From: Hydrolagus colliei
Taxonomy: Eukaryota
DNA length: 64,000 nt
Assembly: GCA_035084275.1 (NCBI GenBank)
Contig: CM068760.1
Span: forward strand, 2,728,001 to 2,792,000
Reading direction: 5' to 3'
Shown here piece by piece: positions 1-11,847 of the stretch. The notes below the pieces were generated by a model, which was given only the letters and a program-made list of their open reading frames with translations, did not search any database and was not told the DNA's origin. A program made the position numbers and the translations under genes. Numbering within the stretch: the stretch's first letter is position 1; each line of letters opens with the position of its first letter.

Positions 1-879
1 TTTGATTGGGTATTTAGACTTAACATTTCTGCTGCAGGTTTAATGGTTGAATGCATTGGTGTCATCGAACACCTAACACAAAATCTGGTAGATCTACATA
101 CACTCTTGACCAATCAGTTATGTACTTGGTATTCTGTAAATAAATTCAGCAGTAAAGCTTTTGTTTGCGATATTACAAAAAATGTTGTAAGAAAACTATT
201 TGCTCACTTGGTCATTTTTTCTCTCCTCAGTTTATTCACCTTCTCTCATACTCTTTGTCTTTTTTTCTTTGAACTAGTTTTACTCTTTAAACTATCCTAC
301 CTTTATTTTGTTGTTTTGCATTGCCTGAAAAGAGGATTTTTTTAAAAAGTTTTTTTAAAAAAAAAACTTTTGCAGCCAATGAAATGTGGAACGACGGAAG
401 ATTTAACAATCTGAAACAGAAGTACGACTGAGTTAATTCAGCACATCTTTTGTGTTGATAAATGGGGAATTCAGGGCTGCGATTGAGTAAACTTGTCATT
501 GCCTCCCAAGATACAAGCAGCACCCAGAGCAGTGAACACACCTCACTTAGGGGTTAATTTCCCTAAAATGTTTGTACATATATTTGCCCAGATTACTAAT
601 TGTTTTCTAAATAATTCTATCTTAGTTCCAGTGTATTCATAGGTATGTTTTTACGAGAGCTGTTAATGATGCAAGTAAATAATACTATGTACAAAGTCAT
701 ATTCTGTCAATTGTTTATACAAAATTTGCCCTTTTTGATTCGCAACTTTTATCCTACAGACGGTTTTGAGGTGGACTGGATGTGGTTGCTTTGTTGACCA
801 CTTTTTGCCTTTCGCTGTGGTATGTGGTATGGCATTTAATGACGACGCAAACCTGAGTGCAGACCTTTGCCAATGTCCA

Positions 880-1220
880 ACCACAACCAGCTATTGGCTT
901 TCTGCTAGTTTTGTTTCCACCCTGACCCATGCCGAGACATAGTCCCGTGGACGTGTGCCTAGACTGAGAACAGTAACAGGGCCAATGGGCTGTCACTGCC
1001 AAGCCTGCTCGTGTTCTCGCCCAAGGTCCGCATTTGCAACAGGGACCATCGGGTAGTAATCGGGAGCGTCCCCTCTCCTGCAAGTCCAATAACCTAGGGA
1101 CTAATGTTGTAACTCAATTGCTGCCTCAGCTAACTCAACCCAGATTAAGAATTGAACTAAAGGCTATGTGAGTTCTGTATCACTGTTTCATATTAGGGAG
1201 TGCCATTGCCCACTGAGCCT
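880..1220 (-). mobile_element. Old, degraded tRNA-derived SINE-like element (second family)
   Basis: The minus strand starts GGCTCAGTGG (A-box-like), then gttcaattc...gagttagctga. Related fragments near 15860-16020, 21940-22100, 36365-36450 and 40530-40690. Confidence 0.4.
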
Positions 1221-1914
1221 TGAAAGTTCAAGTTCCTGACTTGTTTTTATCGTTGCCCAACACAATTTGGCATCTTGCTGTGTGGAGAGTCCAGGGGCAA
1301 AGAACCTATATTCTTTTGAACTTCAAGCTTCGCGAATGGGGCCACATTTTTTTTATTGTCTGTTAATTATTTTTAGTCTGTGGAATTATTTGCTCATCGT
1401 ACGTCGCTCCAGGAAAGTATCCAGCAGTATACTGTATTTTTAATTGGAGTACAGAAAATGTACACATGGCTTCTCATAACGATGTCTAGTGAACACTGGT
1501 ATAATGACTGATCCGTAGGCATAATACCAAAAGCAGTTTTTAACAAGGGGCATATTATGTACGTGTTTCCACCATTAAAGAGGAATCATTTACAAATAAG
1601 TGTGGCAGGAGAATTGGTAGTGGATTGTACGATAATACTTTGGGCCTTGATCTGCAGCTTTTTCTCCTTTGCCACCCTCCAGAAAAAACATAGACACAAA
1701 GACACTGCAATTAATTCCACTGTTAATTATTAATTATTTTTAGTCTGTGGAATTATTTGCTCATCTTACATCGCTCCAGGATAGTAAATAATCTTATTAT
1801 TAATAGTAAATAAGATTATTTCATACCAGGTTATCTCGTGGCAGAGTTTGCTTTTCTGACTTCCTGCGGTGGCCCCATTGGGCAGCTTGGCTGAGCCTTG
1901 ACTAAATCAGTCCA

Positions 1915-2200
1915 GGTGATGAAAGCATTGGCTGCATCCTCTTCGTTTGTGAAGACAGATGCAAAGTACTGTTTTAGTACATCAGCCATGCCCTCTGCCT
2001 TCACAATACGTTTTCTGCATTAGTCCCTAATTGGCCCCACCCTACCTTTGAGTAACTTTTTATTCTTGATTTGCTTGTAAAATACATTAGGGTTCCTTTT
2101 ATTGTTACCCACTTTTCTCATATAATCTCTTGGCTATGCTTATTACCTTTTTCAGTTCTCCTCTGTACTTCCTATATTCTATTTGGTTGTCTTCTGAATT
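1915..2200 (-). mobile_element. CR1 LINE ORF2 fragment
   Basis: The minus strand reads VGPIRD...AEGMADVLKQYFASVFT, the CR1 AExLNxYFASVFT motif. Confidence 0.7.
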
Positions 2201-3924
2201 TTGGGCCTGACATCTGTTATAAGACTCCCCTTTTCTGTTTTACTTGGTCCTGCCCTGAATTATCTTTCACTGTCTTTAATGAGGAATATTTGAGTGTGTA
2301 GTTTGTGGGAGAAATGCGTTGGTTACCAAAATGCTGGTTTTTCCCATTGAAACATAAGTCAGAGTCGTCGTGTTTGTTATACAGTAGCTGCTGAAGGACA
2401 GGGCACTGTTATCATTTTTCTACTTACTGATTTATTGCTTTTTGTGGGGGCTGTGTTCCACACTTTTTCACATTTGCCTTCACTCCGTTTATTAATTACT
2501 TTTTTTCTCATTCTAATGTTTTCTCACTCTCTTCTCCCCACCACCCTGCCCCCTCTTGAAATAATAGATTTATTTCTTTTTTGTAGGGGTTTTTGCTATC
2601 TTTCACTCTTTTTTTCCCCCCCCCCACCCCTTACATTTCTGTTTTAGCGAGTTGGGAGGATTGGGTGAAGCTCTGAGATAAGCTTGTAAACTTCTGCGAG
2701 ATAGTATGGAACCTTTTGGGCCACTCTTAGAAGCAGATTGGTCAGCCTGCAAATCATGTCTTGTCAAGTAGCACCAAAACAATGGCAACAGTTCCTTGTA
2801 ATGAAGAGCAGAGGATTGGCTGAAGGGTTGCTTTCATCACTGTCTTTTGTTATTATTCTCCCGCTTTCCCCTATAAAAGGTTCTTTTTTTAAAAACTTTT
2901 TTTTAAAAAAACTATTTTTGGCACATGTGGACTAGCAGAATTATTTAGCTGTGTTGATGATCAATAATGGATATAAAACTCAGCCTGAGGTGCTAACAGC
3001 AAGAAAAACATAGAGGAATAGTTAAAGACATCAGAAAGTATTTCTGACTATTGTCAGCACTAGAATAGCATTCGAATTCTCCATTTATCATTAAGTTCTT
3101 GGAAACCCATACCCAGTGGAATTCCCTTATACAGCAACAACATTAACTTATAGAATTCGGAATGAATGTCTTGAATCACGTGATGGAGATGATCAAAGTA
3201 GGAAGGATCGCAATTGGATGAAGCCTAAAAGGGTGGGTGGCTAGGGTGGGGAGGGTCGGTGTGTGTTTGAGTCGGGGGTAGGGGGCGGGAGGAAGGAGTG
3301 GCATTTTAGGATTTTAATTGTTGCATTTACAGTCGTCAAGGAAATAAACTGAACTCAGCCAGATGCAAAACGTAATATTTGTGTTGAAACGTCTGCCACA
3401 AAAATGAAAAAAATGTTAAAAATGTAGGCTGGTTTAGATTCAAACGGGGCTTAGTGGTCAAACATCAAAGAGCACATAACTGTAACTCTGATAGTATAGG
3501 AATCTACCAGCAAAATAAAAGTTTCATTCATTTGTACTGAACCACGACAGCAGCATATGCAAGAATACAGCCCCTGACTGATGGATATATTTCTCTATTT
3601 AGAGAAATATATCCCTAAATTCATTTAATTCATTTAATTGTTTCAAGGTTTCCACACATTTTGAATAAAATAAGAGGTGCGTGAAGTAAAAATAGATATG
3701 TGGCAAAGACAACGTGTTCAGCTCACGTGTTTCTTATTCACGTGTAGGTAATGCGTTTCATCATACATAATATGTATACTATTTTCTGGGATGCTGCAAT
3801 CAGCCATACTGAAGGTATCTGGTGAATAATAGAAATTAGTGGTTGTTCGAGGCTCCACTATATTTTCAAGAGAACAAGCCTATACTTTACCCTGGCTTTC
3901 TCCACCTCTCTCAGCCCTTTTTAA

Positions 3925-4005
3925 AACCAGCAGCCAATTGTGCACAGCAGTGTCCCACAAACAATCATGGATTGAATGACCGAATGATTATTGCTTTTTG
4001 GGGGG
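3925..4005 (-). mobile_element. SINE body fragment
   Basis: Reverse complement of the core tgtgggacactgctgtgcacaattggctgc. Confidence 0.65.
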
Positions 4006-4261
4006 TACATTGCTGGAATCCATCTCTTAATGTTACAGTGAGTAATGTCTGTACTTAAATATTTCATCAGGAAAGTTGTTCTTGACTAACAAGGTGATTT
4101 CTGGTTGGTTACAATGGGACATATTACGCTGTAATCTGAGCTATTTTAATATATTTTAAAATCTTTGCGGTTCTGTGACTTGGCTTGTGTCCAACAGCAC
4201 AAAAGACCGGTATGCTTGAATTTCTTAAAAGCGTAGTAATTCAGTGAGCAAGAAGAACTCT

Positions 4262-4571
4262 GGAGTCCTGTAGCTCAGTGGTTAGAGCACTCAGCTTACA
4301 AGCGGGAGATCTGGGTTCAATTCCAGGCAGGATGAAACCTTGGGGAAGTTTCCTTACTCCACACGCCTAATAATAATCCGTCCCATGAAGACCTATAATA
4401 AATTTGTCATTTCAATCCGCAACTGTTTGTGGGACACTGCTGAGCGCAATTGGTTGCTGCGTTTCGCCCACATATATACAGTCAATTCACTTTACAGTGT
4501 ATTGTGTGAAGCGCTTTGAGACATCTGGAAGCAGTGAAAAGTGCTATATCAAATGTAAGGATTATTATTAT
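4262..4571 (+). mobile_element. Full-length tRNA-derived SINE (Deu-like core, L2-type tail)
   Basis: A box TAGCTCAGTGG, B box GGTTCAATTCC, core, then aagcgctttgagac...aaatgtaagg(att)n tail. Many copies in the window. Confidence 0.9.
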
Positions 4572-4839
4572 CATCTCAAAGAATTTCTCTTACTTTCTTT
4601 TCCCCAATCCCCATTAAAATGAAATGGTGATTGAGAAATACGTTTCACTAAAGTGGATAACAGTAATATAGTAATACAATATATAATAATACAGTCATTC
4701 CTAATAACTTAACCCTGGCTTAACTTGTCCCTACCATTTCAGTCATCATGCTGTCAATATTTATTATGTATTTATACACCTAACTCATCACTCTGTCATT
4801 CCTGATAACTTGTCACTAAGGCCTTTTCCCCTGGAAGGT

Positions 4840-5230
4840 TATCGTATTTATTGTATTTAAGGAGCCCTTTTCACGTAGAATATCTCTAACCATTTTTAAA
4901 AATGAACCGATGTGAAATAAAAGGAATAGCTTCATAGTGCAAGAGAGAGAATCTTTAACAAGTTAGATGCAGAGATAGTTGGATCTATATACCAGTGCCT
5001 AAAATAGATAGTGTATTACTGTACAACTAATATATACATGTTTTAAAATGAGGCTGTATACATAAACTTTAGTTTGGGAATAATATTAACTTGCTTGCTT
5101 GTGTACAGAACAAATGTGGGCCAAGGATAGAACCCCGAGGAATTCTCTAAACCCAGGTCAGATCCTGGAATAAAAGTTTTCTGTTATTGATTGGAAAGAT
5201 AGGAGGAAAATTGCTTTTTATTTTACCGAG
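4840..5230 (-). mobile_element. Degraded L2-type LINE RT fragment
   Basis: The minus strand at ~5115-5145 reads IPRGSILGP (RT GVPQGSILGP motif). Boundaries are rough. Confidence 0.45.
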
Positions 5231-5812
5231 ACCTCTGTCATAAGACATCTGAGAGCAGTTTGCAGCAATTGCCAAACACAACATCTGTCAAGCAGCCTAA
5301 TCCATGGCTAAGTACATGTGAAAGTGGTTGTGCAATGTAATAGCGAGAAATTAGACCGATGCGTCTTTTTAATTGGCTCTTTTCTCTGGGGGAAAGAATA
5401 TAATTGCTGATGTACACGTGTTTTGGTAACCTATAGTATATATGTAGGTTTGAGAAGTGAAAGCATATGAGTAATTAATGAATTAATCCTTGTATTTGAT
5501 AAATGCTAATCGCATTGGACTATCCCCAAGTGCTCCGTATAATGATTTAGTCTGGAGTGTAGTGACTGTTATGTAGCAAAGCTCACAGCTAATTTGTTCC
5601 AGGAAAGAATCACAAGCCACAATAAGATGAACGAGTGCCAGACGAGTTAACAAATCAGGCAGTGATGTGGAACTTGAACCCCCAACTTTCTGATGCAGTG
5701 TTCAAATTTTGATCAATAACTGAACCAAATTATCAGTGTTACTCGGGTGGGGTGGGGAGGGGAGGAAGAAAGGAAAGAAAGAGCAAAATTAGGATCTTGA
5801 GTCTAATTAATA

Positions 5813-5885
5813 CGACAACAACAACAACAACAACATTGCATTTGTAGAGCGCCTTTCATGTTGGCAGGATGTCCCAAGGCGCTGT
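5813..5885 (-). mobile_element. SINE/L2 3' tail with (TTG)n
   Basis: (aac)n attgcatttgtagagcgcctttcatg...cccaaggcgct. Confidence 0.65.
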
Positions 5886-6597
5886 GTATTGGGTATTAGG
5901 CATTTTGTATGTTGCATGAAGTCTGCGTTGAGCCAAAGTGGACAAAGTTAACTACGTATGCTCCTCACTGAACATGACCAGGCCGGTACATACAGCTCTG
6001 CACTGCAGAATTCAGCTGGAAAATAGTCTGAACCGTACTTCTGAGGAACTGAAAACAAACAATTGTTTTATCACAATTCCTTCACAAAGGGCCAGGCTCA
6101 AAACGTTAACCTGTTTTTGTGCGTTTCGTGTGTATCTCCACAATTCTCCCTGTATTATTTCTATTCTTCCACTTTCTCTCCTTGTCCCTAAACCCACCTC
6201 AACCTATGTAATGCAGCTTGTAAACCAGACAATGGACTCTTCTAGCTTTTCATAATTTTCACCTCAAGCGCACGGCTGCGTTTGGGGGAAAACGGTAGTT
6301 GGATGGGAGGTTGCTTTTGAGTGCTACAACAAAAGATGTGCCATTACATTGTCCTCTAGGTACAAGAGGCTTGAAATTCCACCTTGTGTGGTGGCTTGCA
6401 AAACTATATTGTCCAAAAACTTCAATTCATGCAGACTTAAATTCAGTCTTCAGGCAATTTGGGGTGCTAATTTTTCCTGTCGTTCTTTAAAAGAACTGCC
6501 TTCCACATCCTAATCTTTTCCATTAATTAATGTTTAATATCAAATGTTGGCGATCGTGGTCTTATTCTGCAATAACCGCTGCCGTTCTTTACCTCAG

Positions 6598-6807
6598 AGG
6601 AGATTCTGGAGCGGCAGAAAGCAAAACAAGAAGGGGAGATGGAGGAGGTCAAACGGAAAGCAGCAGAAGAGGTGGAAAAGACCAAGAAAGATGCTCCGGA
6701 CAATGGTCAAGTGGAGACTGAGACAAAAGAGAAAATATCAGAAGAGGAATCTGAAGACAAGGATAAGATGCAGACTGACGAACAATCTCAGAAGGAAGTC
6801 ACAGAAG
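6598..6807 (+). CDS. BPTF: BPTF exon, 210 nt, phase 1-1 (EEILERQKAKQEGEM...)
   Basis: ctcag| acceptor, G|gtaaat donor. EEILE matches vertebrate BPTF. Confidence 0.85.
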
Positions 6808-7636
6808 GTAAATGGTGCTTAGACACCTTGAAGCTGAACAGAGCTAATGATCACCTAGGATTTTAAAACTACTTCAGAGCTTTTTAGCTTTCAAGAAATT
6901 GTAATTGCATGAACACTTTGGTCCTTGATGTTCAATGTCTTGGCAACCAAATATCCTACTGCAGAATCTTCACATCAGACATAACATTTGACTTCAGATT
7001 ACAGCTGTTATGTTGCCGTTAGTTTGGGGGATTTTATCTGCATCACTGTTTTAAAGAGCAATACTTGAGTCAGGAAGGAATTGGAAGCTTTCTATTCAAA
7101 TTAAGGAAATAATTTACATCCGGTTACCTTTTTTGTGATCAAAAAGTTAAAAAATCACATCCGAGAGACTTAGCTTGAAATAGAATTTAATATTTTAATT
7201 TGTTTGTCTTGTGGATCCATGAAGCTGAAGCTATCATTTGTGTATTGAGAAGGTAGATACAGTATATCATGTCAACCAGTTGCTAATTGAGAATATGGTG
7301 GTGCAGTAAACTGAGTGCCAGCCTGAGGAAGAGGGATAATCCTATCAAAAGTGCACCGTTTGGAGGTAGACTTGTTAACTGGATGACGAGCATGCAACCC
7401 ATTATTTCTGTGTACATTTTGTGTACCCATGTGCCCTCTTTCCCTGCATTGTAAGGTGGCATGCCCAATACTCATTTCTTGTCAGATCGTTTGTTGAAAT
7501 GTGACACTGACTTGTGTTTATATATATCTATATAGATATATTTATATAGATATATATAAAAGAAATTCTTGCTGTTTTAAAACACAGCCAGGGACCTATT
7601 CAAAAGATAGTCCTTGTGTTCTGCGTTTCACTGTAG

Positions 7637-7831
7637 ACTCCCTGCCTAGCGGAGATAACCGTAACTCTGAAAGCTCAGACACATCCAAGGCTGATGGCAG
7701 AGGCCAAAGTCCAACGGCAGAGGGAAGTAGTCCTTCCCCTGGGAAGAGCACTGGAGCAGGTGAGGTGACAGCTCCTGACCCTGAGCAGCTGGCAGAGGAG
7801 AAGAAACCGGCCATCAAGTTGGATAGCACAG
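7637..7831 (+). CDS. BPTF: BPTF exon, 195 nt, phase 1-1 (DSLPSGDNRNSESS...)
   Basis: ctgtag| acceptor, G|gtacac donor. Open, in phase, low complexity. Confidence 0.75.
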
Positions 7832-8145
7832 GTACACAGGGCCGTTCATCACACCTCGCTGAGGCATTACACTTCTTTGCTGGAAATGGGTTGTTTACTC
7901 ATTGAATGAACTGGCAGCTTTTAATCCAAGCCACCAGCAAGTCAATGTTCCAACGATTCCCATTATTTGAACTGAGCTTTTGTTTGATTTTGCGGCTGTT
8001 AAGTGCATGACAGACACCCACCCAGGTATCGGGTTCTGAGCTTATCACAGTTGTGTATCTCTAAGTGAGGCAGTGAGAAAGTTCTAGGAATTGCTTTCGC
8101 CTTCCCAAGGTACCAATGTTTATATCCCTTTTTCGATTTCTATAG

Positions 8146-8346
8146 AAAATGCAACGATTTCTACTGAGGCCTCCACATCCACCTTCACCACAACACCAAC
8201 CACGGCACTGTCGCAGGTCACTGACGAAGGAGTTATTGACTTGCCCAGTGAGAAATCTACTCCGGTTGCCAGTATTAAGTCGGCTGAGGACACAGAGAAT
8301 TTGGAAGGGTTCTCACAGTTTTCAGGGAACGGTCAAGAAGACGCAG
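8146..8346 (+). CDS. BPTF: BPTF exon, 201 nt, phase 1-1 (ENATISTEAST...)
   Basis: tatag| acceptor, G|gtgaac donor. Open and in phase. Confidence 0.78.
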
Positions 8347-8982
8347 GTGAACTTTTAACTCTTTGTTTAACTTACTGATCTGACGAGTTCAGGTCTAGTT
8401 TCAAACGCGGGTTTGAAAAGCGATGTCCCGACCGATCCTTAGCCCATGAAACCGGCATTTTTTTAATGAATTTTTCCCATACTTCGTATCCACCTCTGAA
8501 CCTGGGCAGACTAATACCGAGCTATGTTGTTATTCCCTTGGGCTTACATTCACTGGACAACAGTTGTTCACGAACGCTTTGTTTCATCTGGCAAGCGAAA
8601 GAGCGGGTGGAGTCTAGTTTCATCATAACCGTCACTTCGTTGTCTTCAGTATCAAATTCTATTCTTAGCAAGCTGCGTTCGAAACATGCCGTCGGTTATT
8701 TATTCAATGATCACCTATTAAGCTCCCTATTCATTGCCCTCCAACTAACACTATCGCATGGTAGTGTCAATTCACGTGTCAGTTAGATGACTCAGTAAAC
8801 CAGGTTGGGAGGCAGAGAGCTGCGGAAAGTGTGAACCGGGATATTTTGATTTTTTTTTAAAAAAGCACTATATGGGATGAGGATTTTTATCAGGAGTTTG
8901 TTTCAGACTTTAGAGGGGAAAGGCCTGCGAGAGTGCCTTGAGATTTTGTATTGTTTGCGCTTCATCTATGACATCTGTGCAG

Positions 8983-9167
8983 AACAAGACGATGAACGAA
9001 CCAACGGGGAGAACGGTGATCCTTCCGGGGCCGGTAAAGGATCGCTTTTTCCCACAAGAATGGTCACCAGACTACGCAATCCGGAGAGCAAATTGAGCCA
9101 GCTGAAAAGTGCGCAGGCTGCTGCTGCTGCTCACGAGGCAAACAAATCATTCAAGGAAGGCCGAGAG
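8983..9167 (+). CDS. BPTF: BPTF exon, 185 nt (RMVTRLRNPESKLSQLKS...AAHEANK)
   Basis: Conserved BPTF peptide. gcag| acceptor, GAG|gtgaga donor. Confidence 0.92.
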
Positions 9168-9362
9168 GTGAGAGTCCAGCGTTTACTCTGCAGTTGTACG
9201 TTGCAATCTTTAACTGGAATTCGAGCTGCACAGACTGGTCACAAAGTATGTCACACTCACCGGTGAGAACTAGCACTCTGTGATCTATCTCTCAAGGTAG
9301 AGTTCCGATAGGATGTCTGCAGTTTTGATGGGATTCCTTATTAAGCAAACCTGCCGAAAAGT

Positions 9363-9690
9363 AAATAATCCTTGCATTTGATATAGCTAGCTCACATCAT
9401 CAAAGGATATACTGTACAGTGGATTTACGTTATTTTGTGGGCTCGGCAGCCAGTTGCACAACAGCGTCCCATAAACGGCCAGGGAAAGAGTGACCAATTT
9501 TATTTGGGGGAATTTGTCGGCTGGGACACAATTTTCAAATACTTTAATATGGCAGTGCCATTTCAAGTCTTTGAGATATCTCAAAGCACTTCACACAATA
9601 TACTGCAAAAACACGGCAGCCAATTGTACAGAGCAGTGTCCCACAAGCGGCCGTGGATTGACTGACCAAAGTTGTTGTTTTTTTGAAGCG
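9363..9690 (-). mobile_element. Two degraded SINE fragments
   Basis: Tail ataatccttgcatttgatatagc, with reverse cores at ~9445 and ~9615. Confidence 0.7.
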
Positions 9691-9720
9691 TGATAACTAT
9701 TGTGGGCATCTGTTTTTCAG

Positions 9721-10076
9721 CTGCTGGTGGTTAATTCCCATGGGGAAATCTCTCGCCTAAGCACAAGGAAAGACCTGTTGATAAAGGGTTCACTCAGTCA
9801 CTTGTTTAAGTTGGGTCAAGAAGGAAAGTACCGTGTCTACCAGAACCAGTACAGTACTAGCACCTTGGCACTCAACAAGCATCAGCACAGAGAAGATCAC
9901 GATAAACGGCGGCACCTATCACACAAGTTCTGCATGACCCCCGCGGGCGAGTTCAAGTGGAACGGTGCTGTGCACGGCTCGAAAGTTCTCACCATCTCCA
10001 CCTTAAGACTAACCATCATTCAGCTGGAGAACAATGTCCCGTCCTCATTCCTGCACCCCAACTGGGCTTCACATAG
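9721..10076 (+). CDS. BPTF: BPTF exon, 356 nt (LLVVNSHGEISRLST...HPNWASHR)
   Basis: Highly conserved BPTF/NURF301 block. ttttcag| acceptor, AG|gtac donor. Confidence 0.95.
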
Positions 10077-10387
10077 GTACGTGGAACTGGTGTCTGCACT
10101 GCCAATGGTTTTTGGGGTTAAACAGAAACCCACGGGTCCCTTGTTGTTCTTGTAATGTCAGGAGCAAAGCAGATTTGCTGTGAAGCAGATCACATGTGAT
10201 CAGATTGGGTCGTTAAATGCCTTCATTTCGGAACTGCTCGTGTGCAGGTTTCCGCTTGTGCAGAGCACTGAAATCAGGTGATGGTGACATTAAAATGCGG
10301 CCAATAATAAGGTTATATGGTTAAGTATTCACTACAATATTTTTTGTTTAAATCCAATCACCATCTTTTTTCCTTTAAATGCTGTAG

Positions 10388-10519
10388 ATCTAACTGGATA
10401 AAAGCAGTCCAGATGTGCAGTAAGCCAAGAGAATTTGCACTAGCTCTTGCGATCCTGGAGTGTGCGATCAAACCTGTTGTCATGCTTCCAGTTTGGCGGG
10501 AATCCTTAGGACATACCAG
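10388..10519 (+). CDS. BPTF: BPTF exon, 132 nt (SNWIKAVQMCSKPREFALALAILEC...)
   Basis: Conserved peptide, canonical splice sites, phase 2-2. Confidence 0.95.
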
Positions 10520-10832
10520 GTAATAATGAACTGAGATGAAACCTTCTATGTAGAATAGCCGAACATTAAGTGGATTAGCATGTGCAATTAAAGATTTCTC
10601 TGACAAATGGTGAAGAACTAACCATAATTATTGTGACAAGAATACAAGGTTCAAGTTTCGGCTCCATATCAGACTTGTAGTTTAGGTTAAATTTTGTCCA
10701 AATATCTAAATAACAGTTTAATTTAATTAGCCTGGAGACTTGATATGAGTTCAGGGCACTGAACCCAAGTCGGTATATCCACGCGAATGTTTTTCTGTAA
10801 TGTTGGGTTAACTTGTTACACTGACACATCAG

Positions 10833-10962
10833 GTTGCATCGACTCACCTCCGTTGAAAGAGAAGAAAAAGAGAAAATTAAAAAACGAGAGCGGAAGCAGG
10901 AAGAAGAGGAGGTGATGCAACAAGCTACCTGGGTGAAGTATACTTTCCCAGTGAAACATCAG
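10833..10962 (+). CDS. BPTF: BPTF exon, 130 nt (LHRLTSVEREEKEK...FPVKHQ)
   Basis: Conserved peptide. catcag| acceptor, CAG|gtgaga donor. Confidence 0.95.
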
Positions 10963-10987
10963 GTGAGACAACTAGACAACACCCACA

Positions 10988-11225
10988 CTAACTTGCATTT
11001 GTATAGCGTCCCTCATGCAGGGTAGCGTCTCAGAGCCTAATGACAGAGACGGAGCGCGGCGCCGTGCCAGGAGGAGGGGGAGGTGACCGTAGGCACAGTC
11101 GAGTAGGAAGGTCTTCAGGCACAACCTGAAGATGGGGGAAAGAACAGGCAAGGTGGAGGGATCGAGGAAGAGTATTCCAGAGATTCAGGGTGTGGTGGCT
11201 GAAAGCACGGCCACTGATGATGGAA
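10988..11225 (-). mobile_element. L2 LINE 3' end
   Basis: The minus ORF contains GRAFSHHTLNLWNTLP (L2 ORF2 C-terminal motif), followed by the cgctatacaaatgcaag tail. Confidence 0.75.
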
Positions 11226-11334
11226 CTGTGTAGGCGAGGCTTTGCTATAACATTGCAGTTACTGTTAGAAATGCCCATTTTTTTTCTCGCAATAATAGGT
11301 CTACTTGGCTCTGAAATCGATTTCTTAAATGTTT

Positions 11335-11430
11335 TCATAGAATCAGAGTCAGCATAGAAAGAGGCCATTTGGCCCATCGTGTCTGCTCCGGCTCCAAAAA
11401 GAGCTGTCCAACTCAAACCCATGGCCTGCT
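11335..11430 (-). mobile_element. CR1 3' tail
   Basis: catagaatc...agaggccatttggcccatcgtgtctg, the reverse of the CR1 terminal hairpin and tail. Confidence 0.6.
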
Positions 11431-11711
11431 TTCTCTCCAAAGCTGTTGTATCAGTCTTTGGACGAACTTCTTTCACTTTAGGTAATTTAGCATTTGGGCC
11501 ATTGAAAAGTAGTGTTCTGCAGAGGCAAGTCACTCATCCGATTCCCGAGCTTGATCATTGAGCTGCATTAATGGATGTGGCAAATCCAAATCTTGACAAA
11601 AATGATTCCTGAGATGGATATTCTGTGTCAGACTATCTCACCATTGCAAGTGAGAGAGATGGATGCATCACATGGCAAAGATGACTTTAATCTAACTTCT
11701 TTTTCCTGTAG

Positions 11712-11847
11712 GTTTGGAAACAAAAAGGGGAAGAATATCGAGTCACAGGATATGGAGGCTGGATGTGGATTAGCAATACTCATGTCTATCGTTTTCAACC
11801 CCGACTTCCTGGAAACACCAACGTACATTATAGGAAAGAGTTGGACA
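11712..11847 (+). CDS. BPTF: BPTF exon, 136 nt (VWKQKGEEYRVTGYGGW...)
   Basis: Conserved peptide. cctgtag| acceptor, A|gtaagt donor. Confidence 0.95.

Noticed and set aside
4262-4335. tRNA genes at 4262, 17491, 32405, 35541 and 55957
   Set aside because: These are tRNA-like heads of SINEs. They run into the SINE body, lack a closed acceptor stem and diverge between copies.
10188-10201. 14-bp palindrome gatcacatgtgatc
   Set aside because: A few palindromes of this length are expected by chance in 64 kb.
11030-11533. 167-aa minus-strand ORF
   Set aside because: Chance read-through across CR1 and L2 fragments.
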